A stretch of DNA of 34,717 nucleotides from a bacterium (GCA_038127595.1 JAYPIC010000016.1:1-34717), one strand, 5' to 3'; positions 17,114 to 27,464 are shown, numbered from the stretch's first letter. The notes: generated by a model from the letters alone, not told the origin. Made by a program: numbers and translations.

Positions 17114-18673
17114 TTATTCAAAATTTTGACTAAAATTTACATTTTTCTGTGCTGATCTTTTTAGATGTTTTTTTAACCTGCCAACAAAGTCAGTATAATC
17201 TTTTTTATTTTTTGGAGTCCAAACCACCTCAGAAAGCGCATATAGTCTTGGAAATAGCATATACTCTGCTTGAGTAGTAGTTTGGATGTATTCAGTCCAT
17301 AGGTTTGCCTGGCCTCCTAATATAAGGTGTCTTTTATTTGAGTCAATTTTATCGGGTATAGGCTCAAAATCATATACTTTTGACAAAGGCAAATACCCCC
17401 CTATGGCAAGTGGTTGTTTTTCATGATCTTCAAGTTGATAGTAATCAAAATAAACATTTGTCGTTGGGGACATAATAACCTCATGGCCAGCATTGGCAGC
17501 TTCTATTCCACCGTCCATACCTCTCCAGCTGTGCACAACTGCGTTAGGAGCGAGTCCTCCTTCAAGTATCTCATCCCATCCGATTAACCTTTTATTAAAC
17601 TTCAAAAGAACTTTTTCTATTCGCTTTATAAAATAACTTTGAAGTTCATCTTCATTTTTTAAATCTTCATCTTTTATTCTTTTTTGACATTTTTCACACT
17701 CTGACCATCTTTTTTTAGGACATTCATCTCCACCTATGTGTATATATGGTCCAGGGAAAATTGTTGAAACCTCCTCAAGAATTTGTTCTAAAAAATGAAA
17801 GGTATCCTCATTTCCTGCGCAAAACACTTCTTTATGTATACCCCAAACTGTTTCTGTTTCATGAGGCCCACCAGAGCATGATAATTCTGGATATGCTGAT
17901 AGAGCGGCAGTAGCATGTCCTGGCATTTCAATTTCCGGAATTACTGTTACGTACCTATCGCTAGCGTAACGTATTACATCTTCAATTTCATTAAGTTCAT
18001 AATACCCACCATATTTAACTCCATCAAATTTGTGAGGTTTATCATTATAGTGTCCGATCAAAGTTTCTTTTCTGTAAGCCGAAACTGATGATAGTTTTGG
18101 AAACTTTTTAATAGGCATCCTCCAACCCTGATCTTCAGTAAGGTGCCAATGAAAAACATTTAGCTTATGTGCTGCAATTATATCGATACATTTTTTAATG
18201 AAATCTACAGGCATCATATGTCTAGCAACGTCAAGCATTAACCCACGCCATTTGAAGCGAGGACTATCTTTTATAACGATGCCATGTATAGTGGAATTAT
18301 GATTTATTTTATGTATTTCTAATATTTGAATCAGAGTTTGTATTCCATAGAAAACTCCATTGTAACCAGAACCAATGATTTCTATTTTTTCACTATTTAT
18401 CTTTAGAGTGTAACCTTCCTCTTTAATACCTGATGATTTATCTATTTTAAAACAAATCAAAGAAGAGGTGTCATTATTTCCATCTTTAATTTGAAAACCA
18501 AGTGCATTGGATTTTCTAGCAAAATATTTTACAATGTTTTTAAGTGATTGATCTTGCTTGTCAAAGTCAAGATATAAAACTTCATTTAATTGGAACTTTG
18601 ACTCTATTGCTTCAATATTGGAAGGTAAGGGTATTAGTCCTAGATCGTTAAAATTGTTTGAGGTTACATCCAT
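17114..18673 (-). CDS. GH20 beta-N-acetylhexosaminidase (no signal peptide)
   Basis: PRFKWRGLMLDVARH, HWHLTEDQGWR, PEIEMPGHA, HIGGDE catalytic motif, ANLWTEY. Confidence 0.96.
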   Translation of the reverse strand: MDVTSNNFNDLGLIPLPSNIEAIESKFQLNEVLYLDFDKQDQSLKNIVKYFARKSNALGFQIKDGNNDTSSLICFKIDKSSGIKEEGYTLKINSEKIEIIGSGYNGVFYGIQTLIQILEIHKINHNSTIHGIVIKDSPRFKWRGLMLDVARHMMPVDFIKKCIDIIAAHKLNVFHWHLTEDQGWRMPIKKFPKLSSVSAYRKETLIGHYNDKPHKFDGVKYGGYYELNEIEDVIRYASDRYVTVIPEIEMPGHATAALSAYPELSCSGGPHETETVWGIHKEVFCAGNEDTFHFLEQILEEVSTIFPGPYIHIGGDECPKKRWSECEKCQKRIKDEDLKNEDELQSYFIKRIEKVLLKFNKRLIGWDEILEGGLAPNAVVHSWRGMDGGIEAANAGHEVIMSPTTNVYFDYYQLEDHEKQPLAIGGYLPLSKVYDFEPIPDKIDSNKRHLILGGQANLWTEYIQTTTQAEYMLFPRLYALSEVVWTPKNKKDYTDFVGRLKKHLKRSAQKNVNFSQNFE

Positions 18674-18826
18674 GCTGTGTTCTCACTATTTTTGATTTAT
18701 TAATTTTTTGATACATTGGAAACATTTCAATTTAAGAGGCTTTTTTATTAATTGTGTTCAAAGAAATCTTTTAATGTAACTAATTTTTGTAATGCAGGTT
18801 TTCATAAAGTTACGCTGGTTGCCCAG

Positions 18827-19708
18827 ATGAGTTTAAATGTTGGTGATATATATGCAATTTTAACGGCGCTGTGTTGGTCTTGCGGCGTAATATTTTTTGG
18901 AATAGCCGGTAGAGTTTTAAGCAGTTTACAAATTAGTTTATTAAAAAATATTGTTGGTGTAATAGGATTTCTATCATTCATTGTTTTAAAAGGTGATGCC
19001 TTCCCCGCATTTAATGACGAAGAATACATTGTTTTAATTATTAGTGGAATTATCGGAGTAGCAGTTGGTGATATTTTATTTCTAGCCTCTTTACGAAGAA
19101 TTGGAGCTGGTTTGAGTGCTATAGTGAGCACTGGGTATACTATATTAATATTTATATTAGCTTATTTAATGTATGGAGAGGTTATATCTTTCATTTCTTA
19201 TATTGGAGGAACTCTTGTTATCATTGGGGTAGTAATAGGAACTATTGATAAAAGCCTAGATGACTCTCCAAAGCAAATAATATTAGGCGTGTTATATGGC
19301 CTTATCGCTAATCTTTGTACTGCATATTCCGTACTTTTACTAAGGCCGATTATGGAAATACACCCAGTAGTTCCCATAGCGCTTATTAGATTTAGCACAG
19401 GCATAATTGTTAGCGCAGTGGGAATATTATTTTTGAAAGGGCAAATAGTTTTAAAAGATACAGTTTTAAAGGGTTTTACAAATTATAATCTTTTGGCTGG
19501 CGCATTTTTTGGTACATTTTTATCTGTGATATTTTGGCTAGCCGGCTTTAAATATACCTTAGCAGGAAGAGCTGCGATTTACAATCAGCTCTCTACAATT
19601 TTTATTATTCTTCTAGCTTCTATTTTCCTAAATGAAATAATGACAAAAAGAAAATGGATAGCTGTTACATTAGCATTAATAGGTTCATTTATTGTTAGTA
19701 TTTATTAA
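18827..19708 (+). CDS. DMT/EamA family transporter
   Basis: Ten TM helices in two EamA repeats. ATG 18827 (MSLNVGDIYAILTALCWS) is preferred over the track start at 18752. Confidence 0.9.
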   Translation: MSLNVGDIYAILTALCWSCGVIFFGIAGRVLSSLQISLLKNIVGVIGFLSFIVLKGDAFPAFNDEEYIVLIISGIIGVAVGDILFLASLRRIGAGLSAIVSTGYTILIFILAYLMYGEVISFISYIGGTLVIIGVVIGTIDKSLDDSPKQIILGVLYGLIANLCTAYSVLLLRPIMEIHPVVPIALIRFSTGIIVSAVGILFLKGQIVLKDTVLKGFTNYNLLAGAFFGTFLSVIFWLAGFKYTLAGRAAIYNQLSTIFIILLASIFLNEIMTKRKWIAVTLALIGSFIVSIY

Positions 19709-20663
19709 AAATAACATCGAAAAAAGTCGGAATTTAATCTCATTGTTCTACGGGCCTAGATACAAGAGGAAAGATATTTTAAACAGATTTCACAACTGGA
19801 GGAAATCTGAAGTAAGGTCTGATTCAGAAAAAAATAGTATTATCATAGAGGGGACTAGATCGCAGTATACGGAACAATTTAAGAATTGGAAGTGGATTAT
19901 AATTCAAACAGTTCTATGGCTTGCAATATCTATTAAATATGATTTTCATCATATAATAAATCTTATGGCATTTTTTACGATTTTAAATCAATTTATTCAA
20001 AATATTTTATCAATAGCTCAAGAAAAAAGACAAATATTTAATTCATTTATTACTCAAGAAATACTAGCTATGCATTCTTTTTCTAATTTGTTATGGGAAG
20101 AAATATCTTCTGTGAAAAATGATGATGATAATATTGTTACAGAAAAATTGGCAAAGAGTATTGAATTTGAGTGGACTGATATTACTATTGAGTTATTACC
20201 AAATGAATACAACAATCAATTACCTTTTCTCAGGGTGCATATTGGTAACGAAAAAAGTAATATTTTAAACCCCTCTAGCTTAGGATTAGTAAAAAGCTCG
20301 AACCATAATGAGCAGAATGAGCTATTCATTCTTTTAAAAACATTTGGGCAATATGGTCACTTTATTTTTGATGGACACAGTACACAAAAACGATCAATTG
20401 ATGAATTGGTGAGGAAGTTATCTCAAAATTTAATTTTTTATTTTGGTGAAAAAGATCTTTATCCAATTCAGAAAGATAACCAGACTGGGCGATGGGAATG
20501 TTTTATAAATGTTGATGATAAAACTAATTGCTGGCATAAAATTGAACAAAGAAGAAACCAAGATATTGCCTTATTACTTGAAAGCTGGGTTCCTTTAAAA
20601 GAAGAAATTGAAAAGATTGATAAGCGAGAAGAATCTTACAGAATGAAGGGGTACGAGTGGTAA
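19692..20663 (+). CDS. Hypothetical protein with two central hydrophobic segments
   Basis: Long ORF co-oriented with its neighbours; no family recognised. Confidence 0.65.
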   Translation: MLVFIKNNIEKSRNLISLFYGPRYKRKDILNRFHNWRKSEVRSDSEKNSIIIEGTRSQYTEQFKNWKWIIIQTVLWLAISIKYDFHHIINLMAFFTILNQFIQNILSIAQEKRQIFNSFITQEILAMHSFSNLLWEEISSVKNDDDNIVTEKLAKSIEFEWTDITIELLPNEYNNQLPFLRVHIGNEKSNILNPSSLGLVKSSNHNEQNELFILLKTFGQYGHFIFDGHSTQKRSIDELVRKLSQNLIFYFGEKDLYPIQKDNQTGRWECFINVDDKTNCWHKIEQRRNQDIALLLESWVPLKEEIEKIDKREESYRMKGYEW

Positions 20664-20756
20664 ATGAAATGGATCTTTTTAATACTTTTCATTGTGCTGA
20701 TAATTTTTAACATTAAGGATGAAATAGATAGAGATAACATTGAAAAAACACGTTAA
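20664..20756 (+). CDS. Putative 30-aa single-pass membrane micropeptide
   Basis: ATG directly after the upstream TAA; MKWIFLILFIVLIIFNIKDEIDRDNIEKTR*. Confidence 0.45.
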   Translation: MKWIFLILFIVLIIFNIKDEIDRDNIEKTR

Positions 20757-21324
20757 ACTTTCAAAAAATGAAATCAATGTATTACCACTAATACAATATG
20801 AGGGTGACATTGAAATATTAACCTCAAAAGATAATATTCAGGCAGCGATCAATGATTTGAAAAATTATGATCTAATTGGGTTTGACACTGAGACAAAGCC
20901 AACGTTTGTAAAAGGTCCCTTGAATCCTCCATCAATTATGCAACTTGCCTGTGATGATAAAGTTTATATTTTTCAATTTGACAATGATGAAATATTTAAA
21001 CAACTATCTTTGATCCTTTCAAATAAAAACATCACAAAATGCGGTGTTTCAGTTGATAGAGATTTAATTGAATTAATGTATTTATCACCCTTTGATCCAA
21101 TCTCTTTTGTCGATCTAGGAAATGTTGCAAGGGAGAATGAAATCCCTCATCATGGACTTAGAGGGTTAGTTGCTATGTTTTTAAAACATAGAATTTCGAA
21201 AGGCTCTCAAACTTCAGATTGGAGTAAAATTAGCTTATCGGATTCTCAAATATCTTATGCTGCAACTGATGCCTGGGTTAGCTTAGAACTGTTTAAAATA
21301 TTTGATAAAAATGGTCTTTTATAA
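20740..21324 (+). CDS. 3'-5' exonuclease (DEDDy, RNase D/WRN-exo-like)
   Basis: IGFDTET, FVDL, SDWS...QISYAATDAW. Confidence 0.92.
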   Translation: MKKHVKLSKNEINVLPLIQYEGDIEILTSKDNIQAAINDLKNYDLIGFDTETKPTFVKGPLNPPSIMQLACDDKVYIFQFDNDEIFKQLSLILSNKNITKCGVSVDRDLIELMYLSPFDPISFVDLGNVARENEIPHHGLRGLVAMFLKHRISKGSQTSDWSKISLSDSQISYAATDAWVSLELFKIFDKNGLL

Positions 21325-21341
21325 AGATTTATAAATTAAAT

Positions 21342-22523
21342 ATGAATGATAAAAAAAATAAATTTTTACTCTTCATCATTTTTTTAATGATATTAATATT
21401 TAATGCATGTGCAACAATCGTGTATAAAACCATTCCTTTAAGAAATATTGCTAAAGCTAAAGGGCCTTATTTTGTTGGTACTCAAAATTTTCAAATTGTA
21501 GATGCCTCAAGAAAAATGTGGTTTTCAGGCGATATTAAAGGATCCCGAAAATTAAGTGTTAAAATGTGGTACCCTACAGACAATATTACATCGCTAAAAA
21601 AAGCTCCATATTTAAACAAACATAAGCTGATTGGGAGCGCTATATCAAAATTGTTTGGCGTTCCTGAAGCGCTCATGGATAGGGCAGGTGGTGTAAAATG
21701 CAACTCCTGGTTAAATGCTGTTCCAGCTAACGGGAAGTTTCCTGTGATTATTTATTCTCATGGGCATCAAAGTATTAAGATAGCCAATACATCACAAGCT
21801 GAGGAGATGGCAAGTAATGGTTACATTGTGATTGCAATGGATCATAGTTATGATGCTGCTTTAACAATACTTGATGAAGATAAAATAATCTATTCAAGAT
21901 CTAAATTACCAGCCAATGATGAAGAGGCTTTACAAGATAGTATGATTCTAAGGGTTAAGAACCAGCTAAAAATTAGAACAGAAGATGTAAGCTTTGTTAT
22001 TGATGAGTTAAAGATTATGTTAGAAAAAGATAAACGTTTTTCACAAGTTGCTGACTTTGATAACATAGGAATTTTCGGACATAGTTTTGGTGGGTGTACT
22101 TCAATAATGAGCGCATATAATGATACTAGAATAGATGCAGTTATAGGTTTAGACGCATATTTTTTACCACTCCCAAAAGAAATAATTAAAAAAGACTTGA
22201 ATACGCCATTTGTGCATTTAGGCCAAGTAAGTTGGGGCGACTCCGACAATTATGAAGTCATGAGAGAACTTGGGAAATCTAGTAACCAGGAGTTTTATCA
22301 TTTTGCTATTGAGGGTTCTAAGCATAACGACTATACAGATTTTTCTCAATTCACCAAGTTAACAAGAAAGTTTGGTTCAGGAAAAATTTCTCCGAAAAGT
22401 ATTCGGTATATAATGAATGATGTTATGCTTGGATTTTTTGATTATCATCTAAAAAATAGATCTATTTTTGATCATAATCAGTATCAAAAAAAATATGAAA
22501 GTGTTAAAACTTATCTTTATTAG
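21342..22523 (+). CDS. Alpha/beta hydrolase, PAF-acetylhydrolase-like lipoprotein
   Basis: Lipobox-like FNAC; PVIIYSHG; GHSFGG nucleophile elbow; LDAY; H.DYTDF. Confidence 0.88.
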   Translation: MNDKKNKFLLFIIFLMILIFNACATIVYKTIPLRNIAKAKGPYFVGTQNFQIVDASRKMWFSGDIKGSRKLSVKMWYPTDNITSLKKAPYLNKHKLIGSAISKLFGVPEALMDRAGGVKCNSWLNAVPANGKFPVIIYSHGHQSIKIANTSQAEEMASNGYIVIAMDHSYDAALTILDEDKIIYSRSKLPANDEEALQDSMILRVKNQLKIRTEDVSFVIDELKIMLEKDKRFSQVADFDNIGIFGHSFGGCTSIMSAYNDTRIDAVIGLDAYFLPLPKEIIKKDLNTPFVHLGQVSWGDSDNYEVMRELGKSSNQEFYHFAIEGSKHNDYTDFSQFTKLTRKFGSGKISPKSIRYIMNDVMLGFFDYHLKNRSIFDHNQYQKKYESVKTYLY

Positions 22524-22562
22524 ATTTTTTGTATTTTGAAAATCAATTATTAACTTCAGATC

Positions 22563-24233
22563 GTGCTCAAATTAATTCCCATTCTAGTTCTTTTAATTCT
22601 AAATGCTTGTGGGCCCGATTATGATGCTGCATCAGATGTTACTGGCCTTCAATTTGATGGGATAGATGACTATATTTTAATTGAGGAAAATGTTCTTCCA
22701 GATTCAGGTGATTATACAATTTCCATTTGGGTCAAAGCAGATTCAAGTAATGTCGGAGCTAGAACTCTGATTTCTCAAAGTGATACATCTGGTAGTCCAT
22801 TTTACTTTGGTTCTAATTCAGGTTCTGATTTATCAGGTAAAATAAAAATGAATCAAGATTGGAAGTCATTAGAATCATCACCATTTTATTTAGATAACAA
22901 GTGGCATTTATATACTATTGTTAATGATGGTACAATCGGGGATTCTTCTATCATTATTGACACCTCACTATTTTATGTTGATGGAGTAGAGATTTCTACC
23001 GTTATGGGAGATGGGAAAAGTTATCCCATTGATGAACGGTTTTTTATAGGAACAATGTGGGATAGCTCTGGAGAATTCTTCTCTGGTGCTATAGATGATA
23101 TCTCTATTTGGGACAGGAAGTTGTCTTCAAAAGAAATAAGCTCAATTTATAATTCAGGTATTGGACTGGACCCAACTATAGATTCATTAGATTATAAAGG
23201 TTCAGAAAACCTGATAGCTTTTTGGCCTTTCAGCGAAGGTGCAGACAGCTCTGTTAGCGATTTTAGCGGTAATGGTTATGATGGTGAAATTTTTGGAGCT
23301 AGTTGGATAAATATTGATTCAAAATTAGAGCCAGTAATTGATTCAACACTGATCGCTGAATCTCAAAACCAAAATAATTCATATCAAAAAGAGATATGGG
23401 GTAGAGTATCTGACATTGATGGTAAATCTATTTATGGCGCTAGTGTGATTTTGAAAGGAACTCATAATGATGAGTTTAAATGGACTACAAATTTCCAAAC
23501 AAACAGAAGAGGTGATTATGAAATTAATGATTGCCAACCCTGGGACGAGATGATAGTGTCGATGGAAGGATATCAAACTCAAAAATTCAATCCATTGGAT
23601 TCAATATTTTTAGAAAGTCCAGTAGATATTACGTTATTAATGAAAACTGAAGATGATGAGTTAGTAATAGATAGTGCTATGCTTGCTGAAATATCTAAGC
23701 AAGCAGAAGAAAACTATGAAATGATTCAGTATATGATTAATTCAGCCAGGCAAAATCAGGTTGTATCAATTCCTGAGGGAGTACATATTATATCAAAACC
23801 CATCACTGTAAATAAAAAAGTTAATATCACCATTCAGGGTACACTTTCTTCTAGTATAGTATTGAACGATATTCATCAACCGGTTTTCATAATTAATAAT
23901 TCTTCAAACATAGTGATTCAAAGACTTAGTCTTGGTCACGAGCCTACTATTAAAGGCGATCATGATTCTGAGGTTGTTAGGATCAACAAAGGAAATAACA
24001 TTTATGTAAATAGCTGTGAGATAAGCGGAGAAGCCGCAATTGGTTTGAAAGCAGTTGGCGTGAAAAGTTTAACAATTTCTAGTTGTTTCATTCACGATAA
24101 TAGCTGGTTTGCATTTTCTTTTAAAGATTGTGATAATGTTACCATAGAAAATTCTCAGCTTATCGATAACCAAGAAGTTATGTACAAAAGATCCTCCACT
24201 GTTGCCCTTCATAGTAATGTTATCAAAGATTAA
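22563..24233 (+). CDS. Multidomain lipoprotein: LamG/ConA-like domain, carboxypeptidase-regulatory-like Ig domain and right-handed beta-helix
   Basis: Lipobox LNAC; FDGIDDYI...TISIWVK...WH...FSGAIDDISIWDRKLS; GRVSDIDGKSIYGASV; C-terminal parallel beta-helix pattern. Confidence 0.8.
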   Translation: MLKLIPILVLLILNACGPDYDAASDVTGLQFDGIDDYILIEENVLPDSGDYTISIWVKADSSNVGARTLISQSDTSGSPFYFGSNSGSDLSGKIKMNQDWKSLESSPFYLDNKWHLYTIVNDGTIGDSSIIIDTSLFYVDGVEISTVMGDGKSYPIDERFFIGTMWDSSGEFFSGAIDDISIWDRKLSSKEISSIYNSGIGLDPTIDSLDYKGSENLIAFWPFSEGADSSVSDFSGNGYDGEIFGASWINIDSKLEPVIDSTLIAESQNQNNSYQKEIWGRVSDIDGKSIYGASVILKGTHNDEFKWTTNFQTNRRGDYEINDCQPWDEMIVSMEGYQTQKFNPLDSIFLESPVDITLLMKTEDDELVIDSAMLAEISKQAEENYEMIQYMINSARQNQVVSIPEGVHIISKPITVNKKVNITIQGTLSSSIVLNDIHQPVFIINNSSNIVIQRLSLGHEPTIKGDHDSEVVRINKGNNIYVNSCEISGEAAIGLKAVGVKSLTISSCFIHDNSWFAFSFKDCDNVTIENSQLIDNQEVMYKRSSTVALHSNVIKD

Positions 24234-24252
24234 TTTGATTTAATACTATATC

Positions 24253-24978
24253 ATGAAAGAAAAAGGTAGACTATTATTTTTTATACTACCGTCCGTTGCT
24301 ATCGCACTTTTCATTTTATTGGTCTTCATTGGCGCTTTGTCATATGAGGGGGGTAATAGATTGGATCATAGCTCGATTGGTTACTCTTTTTCAAATAATT
24401 ATTTAAGCGATCTTGGCAGAATTAAAACTGTAGCTGGTCATAATAATTCTATTCCATTTTATTGTTTTAATAGTTCGTTAATTATTTTGAGCGTTGTGTT
24501 TAGTTTTTATTTTCTATTTTTACCTTCCATATATGATGAAAGTCTAAAAATTCAAAACATTGCTAGGATTGGTAGCATTTTTGGGTTTCTTGCTAGTATT
24601 TGTTTCGCTGGTGTTGGGTATACCCCCGCTGATCTATTTCTTGATGCCCATATATTTTTTGCAGATTGGTTATTTCGTCTAATGAATCTCACAATAATTT
24701 CCTACGCGTTAGCTTATGTAAGGATGAAACGTAGCTATTTTACTTTCTCATTTATATTTGCAATTGTAGCTGTGGTTGTAAGTAGTCATATCATTATATC
24801 TGACTTTGGATTAGCAAAATATTTTAGTGAACCTCATACAGTAAGAGTATTATCTCAAAAGGCTGCAACAATTGCTTTAATCATTAGTGTACCTTTAATG
24901 ACAATATATAATCGTAAAAGATTAGCTTCGCATCCAATCACTTTAAAAATATTTACCTTTAAAAATATATCAATCTAA
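24253..24978 (+). CDS. DUF998-like membrane protein
   Basis: YSFSNNYLSDLG motif and about six TM helices. Confidence 0.65.
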   Translation: MKEKGRLLFFILPSVAIALFILLVFIGALSYEGGNRLDHSSIGYSFSNNYLSDLGRIKTVAGHNNSIPFYCFNSSLIILSVVFSFYFLFLPSIYDESLKIQNIARIGSIFGFLASICFAGVGYTPADLFLDAHIFFADWLFRLMNLTIISYALAYVRMKRSYFTFSFIFAIVAVVVSSHIIISDFGLAKYFSEPHTVRVLSQKAATIALIISVPLMTIYNRKRLASHPITLKIFTFKNISI

Positions 24979-25003
24979 AACTAAGACATAAAAGGAGATT
25001 GCC

Positions 25004-25288
25004 ATGAAACAGTATACCATTGGATTTTTTTCTGCGATGTTGTTACTTATATTTGGTGCCATAATCATGGGTTTTACACCTGCTCCAAATTTAAATAACA
25101 ATGGGAAATATCAAATAGATACACTGCTAATAAAGCAAGAGGATTATTTGGGAAACAAAAGTTATGAGGTGCTCTACACTATTTTTGATACAACAACAGG
25201 CGATATAAAACAGACCAGAAGAGTCCCACATAGCAACTATATCGCAAAAAAAATACAAAGGCAAAAGTCAGCTTTTGATTATAAATGA
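25004..25288 (+). CDS. Small hypothetical protein with N-terminal membrane anchor/signal
   Basis: AAGGAG RBS; MKQYTIGFFSA... and IFDTTTG motif. Confidence 0.75.
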   Translation: MKQYTIGFFSAMLLLIFGAIIMGFTPAPNLNNNGKYQIDTLLIKQEDYLGNKSYEVLYTIFDTTTGDIKQTRRVPHSNYIAKKIQRQKSAFDYK

Positions 25289-25302
25289 TAAAGGAGTTTT
25301 AC

Positions 25303-25551
25303 ATGAAAAAATACAGCATGGGAATTTTTACTGGTATTGCCATTGGAGTTAGTAGCATGATGTTCTTAGGCTCTTCATCAATGAATACTGGTATTGATCG
25401 TTATGAATACATAAGCGGATCAACTGTGGATCTTAAGATTTTTGATAAACGAACTGGGAAAATGTATGTCCGCGGACGCGATTTTGTTACGGAATATGAT
25501 GTAATTAATGGTTATTATCGAGTACGCCCATATAGCTTATATGAGGAATAA
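25303..25551 (+). CDS. Small hypothetical protein, probable paralog of the upstream gene
   Basis: AAGGAG RBS before ATG 25303; MKKYSMGIFTG... and IFDKRTG motif. Confidence 0.75.
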   Translation: MKKYSMGIFTGIAIGVSSMMFLGSSSMNTGIDRYEYISGSTVDLKIFDKRTGKMYVRGRDFVTEYDVINGYYRVRPYSLYEE

Positions 25552-25565
25552 TTAGAACACATCTT

Positions 25566-26513
25566 ATGATAAAAAATAATATAGATAATGCCATATCTAG
25601 AATAGGGAAGTACGTCCGGAAGACTCCTTTTGAGCATTCAAGTTTAATATCCAATTTAACGGGTGTAGAAACCTGGCTAAAGATGGAAAATCAACAGTAC
25701 ACGGGGTCATTTAAGTTTAGAGGAGCAATTAATAAAATGCTTACTTTGAATGAAAAACAAAGGGATTCTGGCATTTATGCTGCCTCAACTGGCAACCATG
25801 GAGCTGCTGTTGCCTTAGCTTCAAAAATACTTGGAGTTCCATGCATTGTATATGTCCCAGAGAATTCTTCAGAAGCAAAATTAGGTAATATGGAAAATTT
25901 TGGTGCTGAAATTAGAGTTTACGGAACAGACTGTATGGAAGGTGAAATTGAGGCTAGAAAAGTAGCAAAAGATACTGGAGGGGAATATATTTCGCCATAC
26001 AATGATCCTGAAATTGTATTTGGGCAGGGTACAATTGGTGCTGAGATTATAACCCAATGTGATAACCTTGATGCGATAATAATATCAGTTGGTGGAGGTG
26101 GAATGATTAGCGGGGTAGCAGGATACCTAAAATCAGTATGGCCTAATATTGAGGTCATTGCTGCATCGCCAGAGAATCATGCCGTAATGATTAAATCATT
26201 AGAGGAAGGTAAAATTGTTAAAATAAATCCCGTACCCACAATTTCTGATGGCACTGCTGGTGGAGTAGAGGAGGGGTCAGTTACATTTGATTATTGTCAG
26301 AGGTATGTTGACCATTCAATTCTTATCTCTGAAAAAGAAATTGAAGAAGGTATCATTCACATGATCGAAAAAGAAAGAGTTCTTGTTGAAGGAGCCGCCG
26401 GAACCTCAGTAGCTGCTTTAATTAAAATGAGAGAGGAATTAAAAGGAAAACGTGTTGGAATTATTGTCTGCGGAAAAAATATAAGTTTGGATGTGCTAAA
26501 AAGAATTTTATGA
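25566..26513 (+). CDS. PLP-dependent serine/threonine dehydratase family protein (no ACT domain)
   Basis: KMENQQYTGSFKFRGA, ASTGNHG, GQGT, VGGGGMISG. Confidence 0.92.
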   Translation: MIKNNIDNAISRIGKYVRKTPFEHSSLISNLTGVETWLKMENQQYTGSFKFRGAINKMLTLNEKQRDSGIYAASTGNHGAAVALASKILGVPCIVYVPENSSEAKLGNMENFGAEIRVYGTDCMEGEIEARKVAKDTGGEYISPYNDPEIVFGQGTIGAEIITQCDNLDAIIISVGGGGMISGVAGYLKSVWPNIEVIAASPENHAVMIKSLEEGKIVKINPVPTISDGTAGGVEEGSVTFDYCQRYVDHSILISEKEIEEGIIHMIEKERVLVEGAAGTSVAALIKMREELKGKRVGIIVCGKNISLDVLKRIL

Positions 26514-27460
26514 AAGTTTATGCGCTTGCCGAAATTAAACGTGCGCTACAAAAAATTGACGTTTTACCATTAATTAAAGAAGGATTCATCGCATATTCAT
26601 CTGGCCTAACAGTAGTGCCTCCGGTTGGTGAATTATTATTTGATGACCCACCTGGAGATGTGCACATAAAATATGGTTACATTAAAAATGATGATTATTA
26701 TGTGGTCAAAATAGCCTCTGGGTTTTATGGAAATTCTCAAAATAATATTCCACCTTCTCAAGGCGGTGTTATGATTTTATTTGATCAAAAAACAGGTAAA
26801 GAGGTTGGGATACTTGTCGATGAATGTTATTTAACTAATGTACGAACTGCAGTGGCTGGAGCAATTTGTGCGGATTTTTTTTCTCCTCAAAAAGTTAACT
26901 GTATTGGAATTATTGGTTCTGGCATACAAGCAAGAATGCAATTAGAATATTTAACTGAAATCATAGACTGTAAAAAAGTTAAAGTTTGGAGCAGAAGTGA
27001 AAAGGGCATAGACAGTTATATAAATGATATGTCATCCTTTGGATGGAATTTAAAAAAAGCTAAATCGCCTGATGAAATTGCTGCAACTTGTGATTTAATT
27101 ATAACAGCGACTCCCTCAAAAACGCCTTTATTAAAAAGTGAATATTTAAAAAAGGGCGCACATATAAATGCAATAGGCTCTGATTCACCTGAAAAAAATG
27201 AACTAGATAAGAATATTTTAAAAAATTCATCATTAATTGTAGCCGATAGTATTGAGCAATGCATTGAAAGAGGTGAAATATCTCATGCATTAAGTTCTGG
27301 TGCTATTAAAAAAAGTGACATTTATGAATTAGGTGAGATATTAAAAAAAAATATAAGGCTACATTGTGGCGAAAATGAAAACTCGGTCGCTGATTTGACT
27401 GGTGTAGCCGTTCAAGATATTCAAATTGCAAAGGCAGTTTTCAAGGAGTGTGGAAAATAA
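26510..27460 (+). CDS. Ornithine cyclodeaminase/mu-crystallin family (imine reductase-like)
   Basis: VKIASGF, LTNVRTAVAG, IGSGIQA Rossmann motif, AIGSD, DLTGVAVQD; ATGA overlap. Confidence 0.92.
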   Translation: MKVYALAEIKRALQKIDVLPLIKEGFIAYSSGLTVVPPVGELLFDDPPGDVHIKYGYIKNDDYYVVKIASGFYGNSQNNIPPSQGGVMILFDQKTGKEVGILVDECYLTNVRTAVAGAICADFFSPQKVNCIGIIGSGIQARMQLEYLTEIIDCKKVKVWSRSEKGIDSYINDMSSFGWNLKKAKSPDEIAATCDLIITATPSKTPLLKSEYLKKGAHINAIGSDSPEKNELDKNILKNSSLIVADSIEQCIERGEISHALSSGAIKKSDIYELGEILKKNIRLHCGENENSVADLTGVAVQDIQIAKAVFKECGK

Positions 27461-27464
27461 AATC

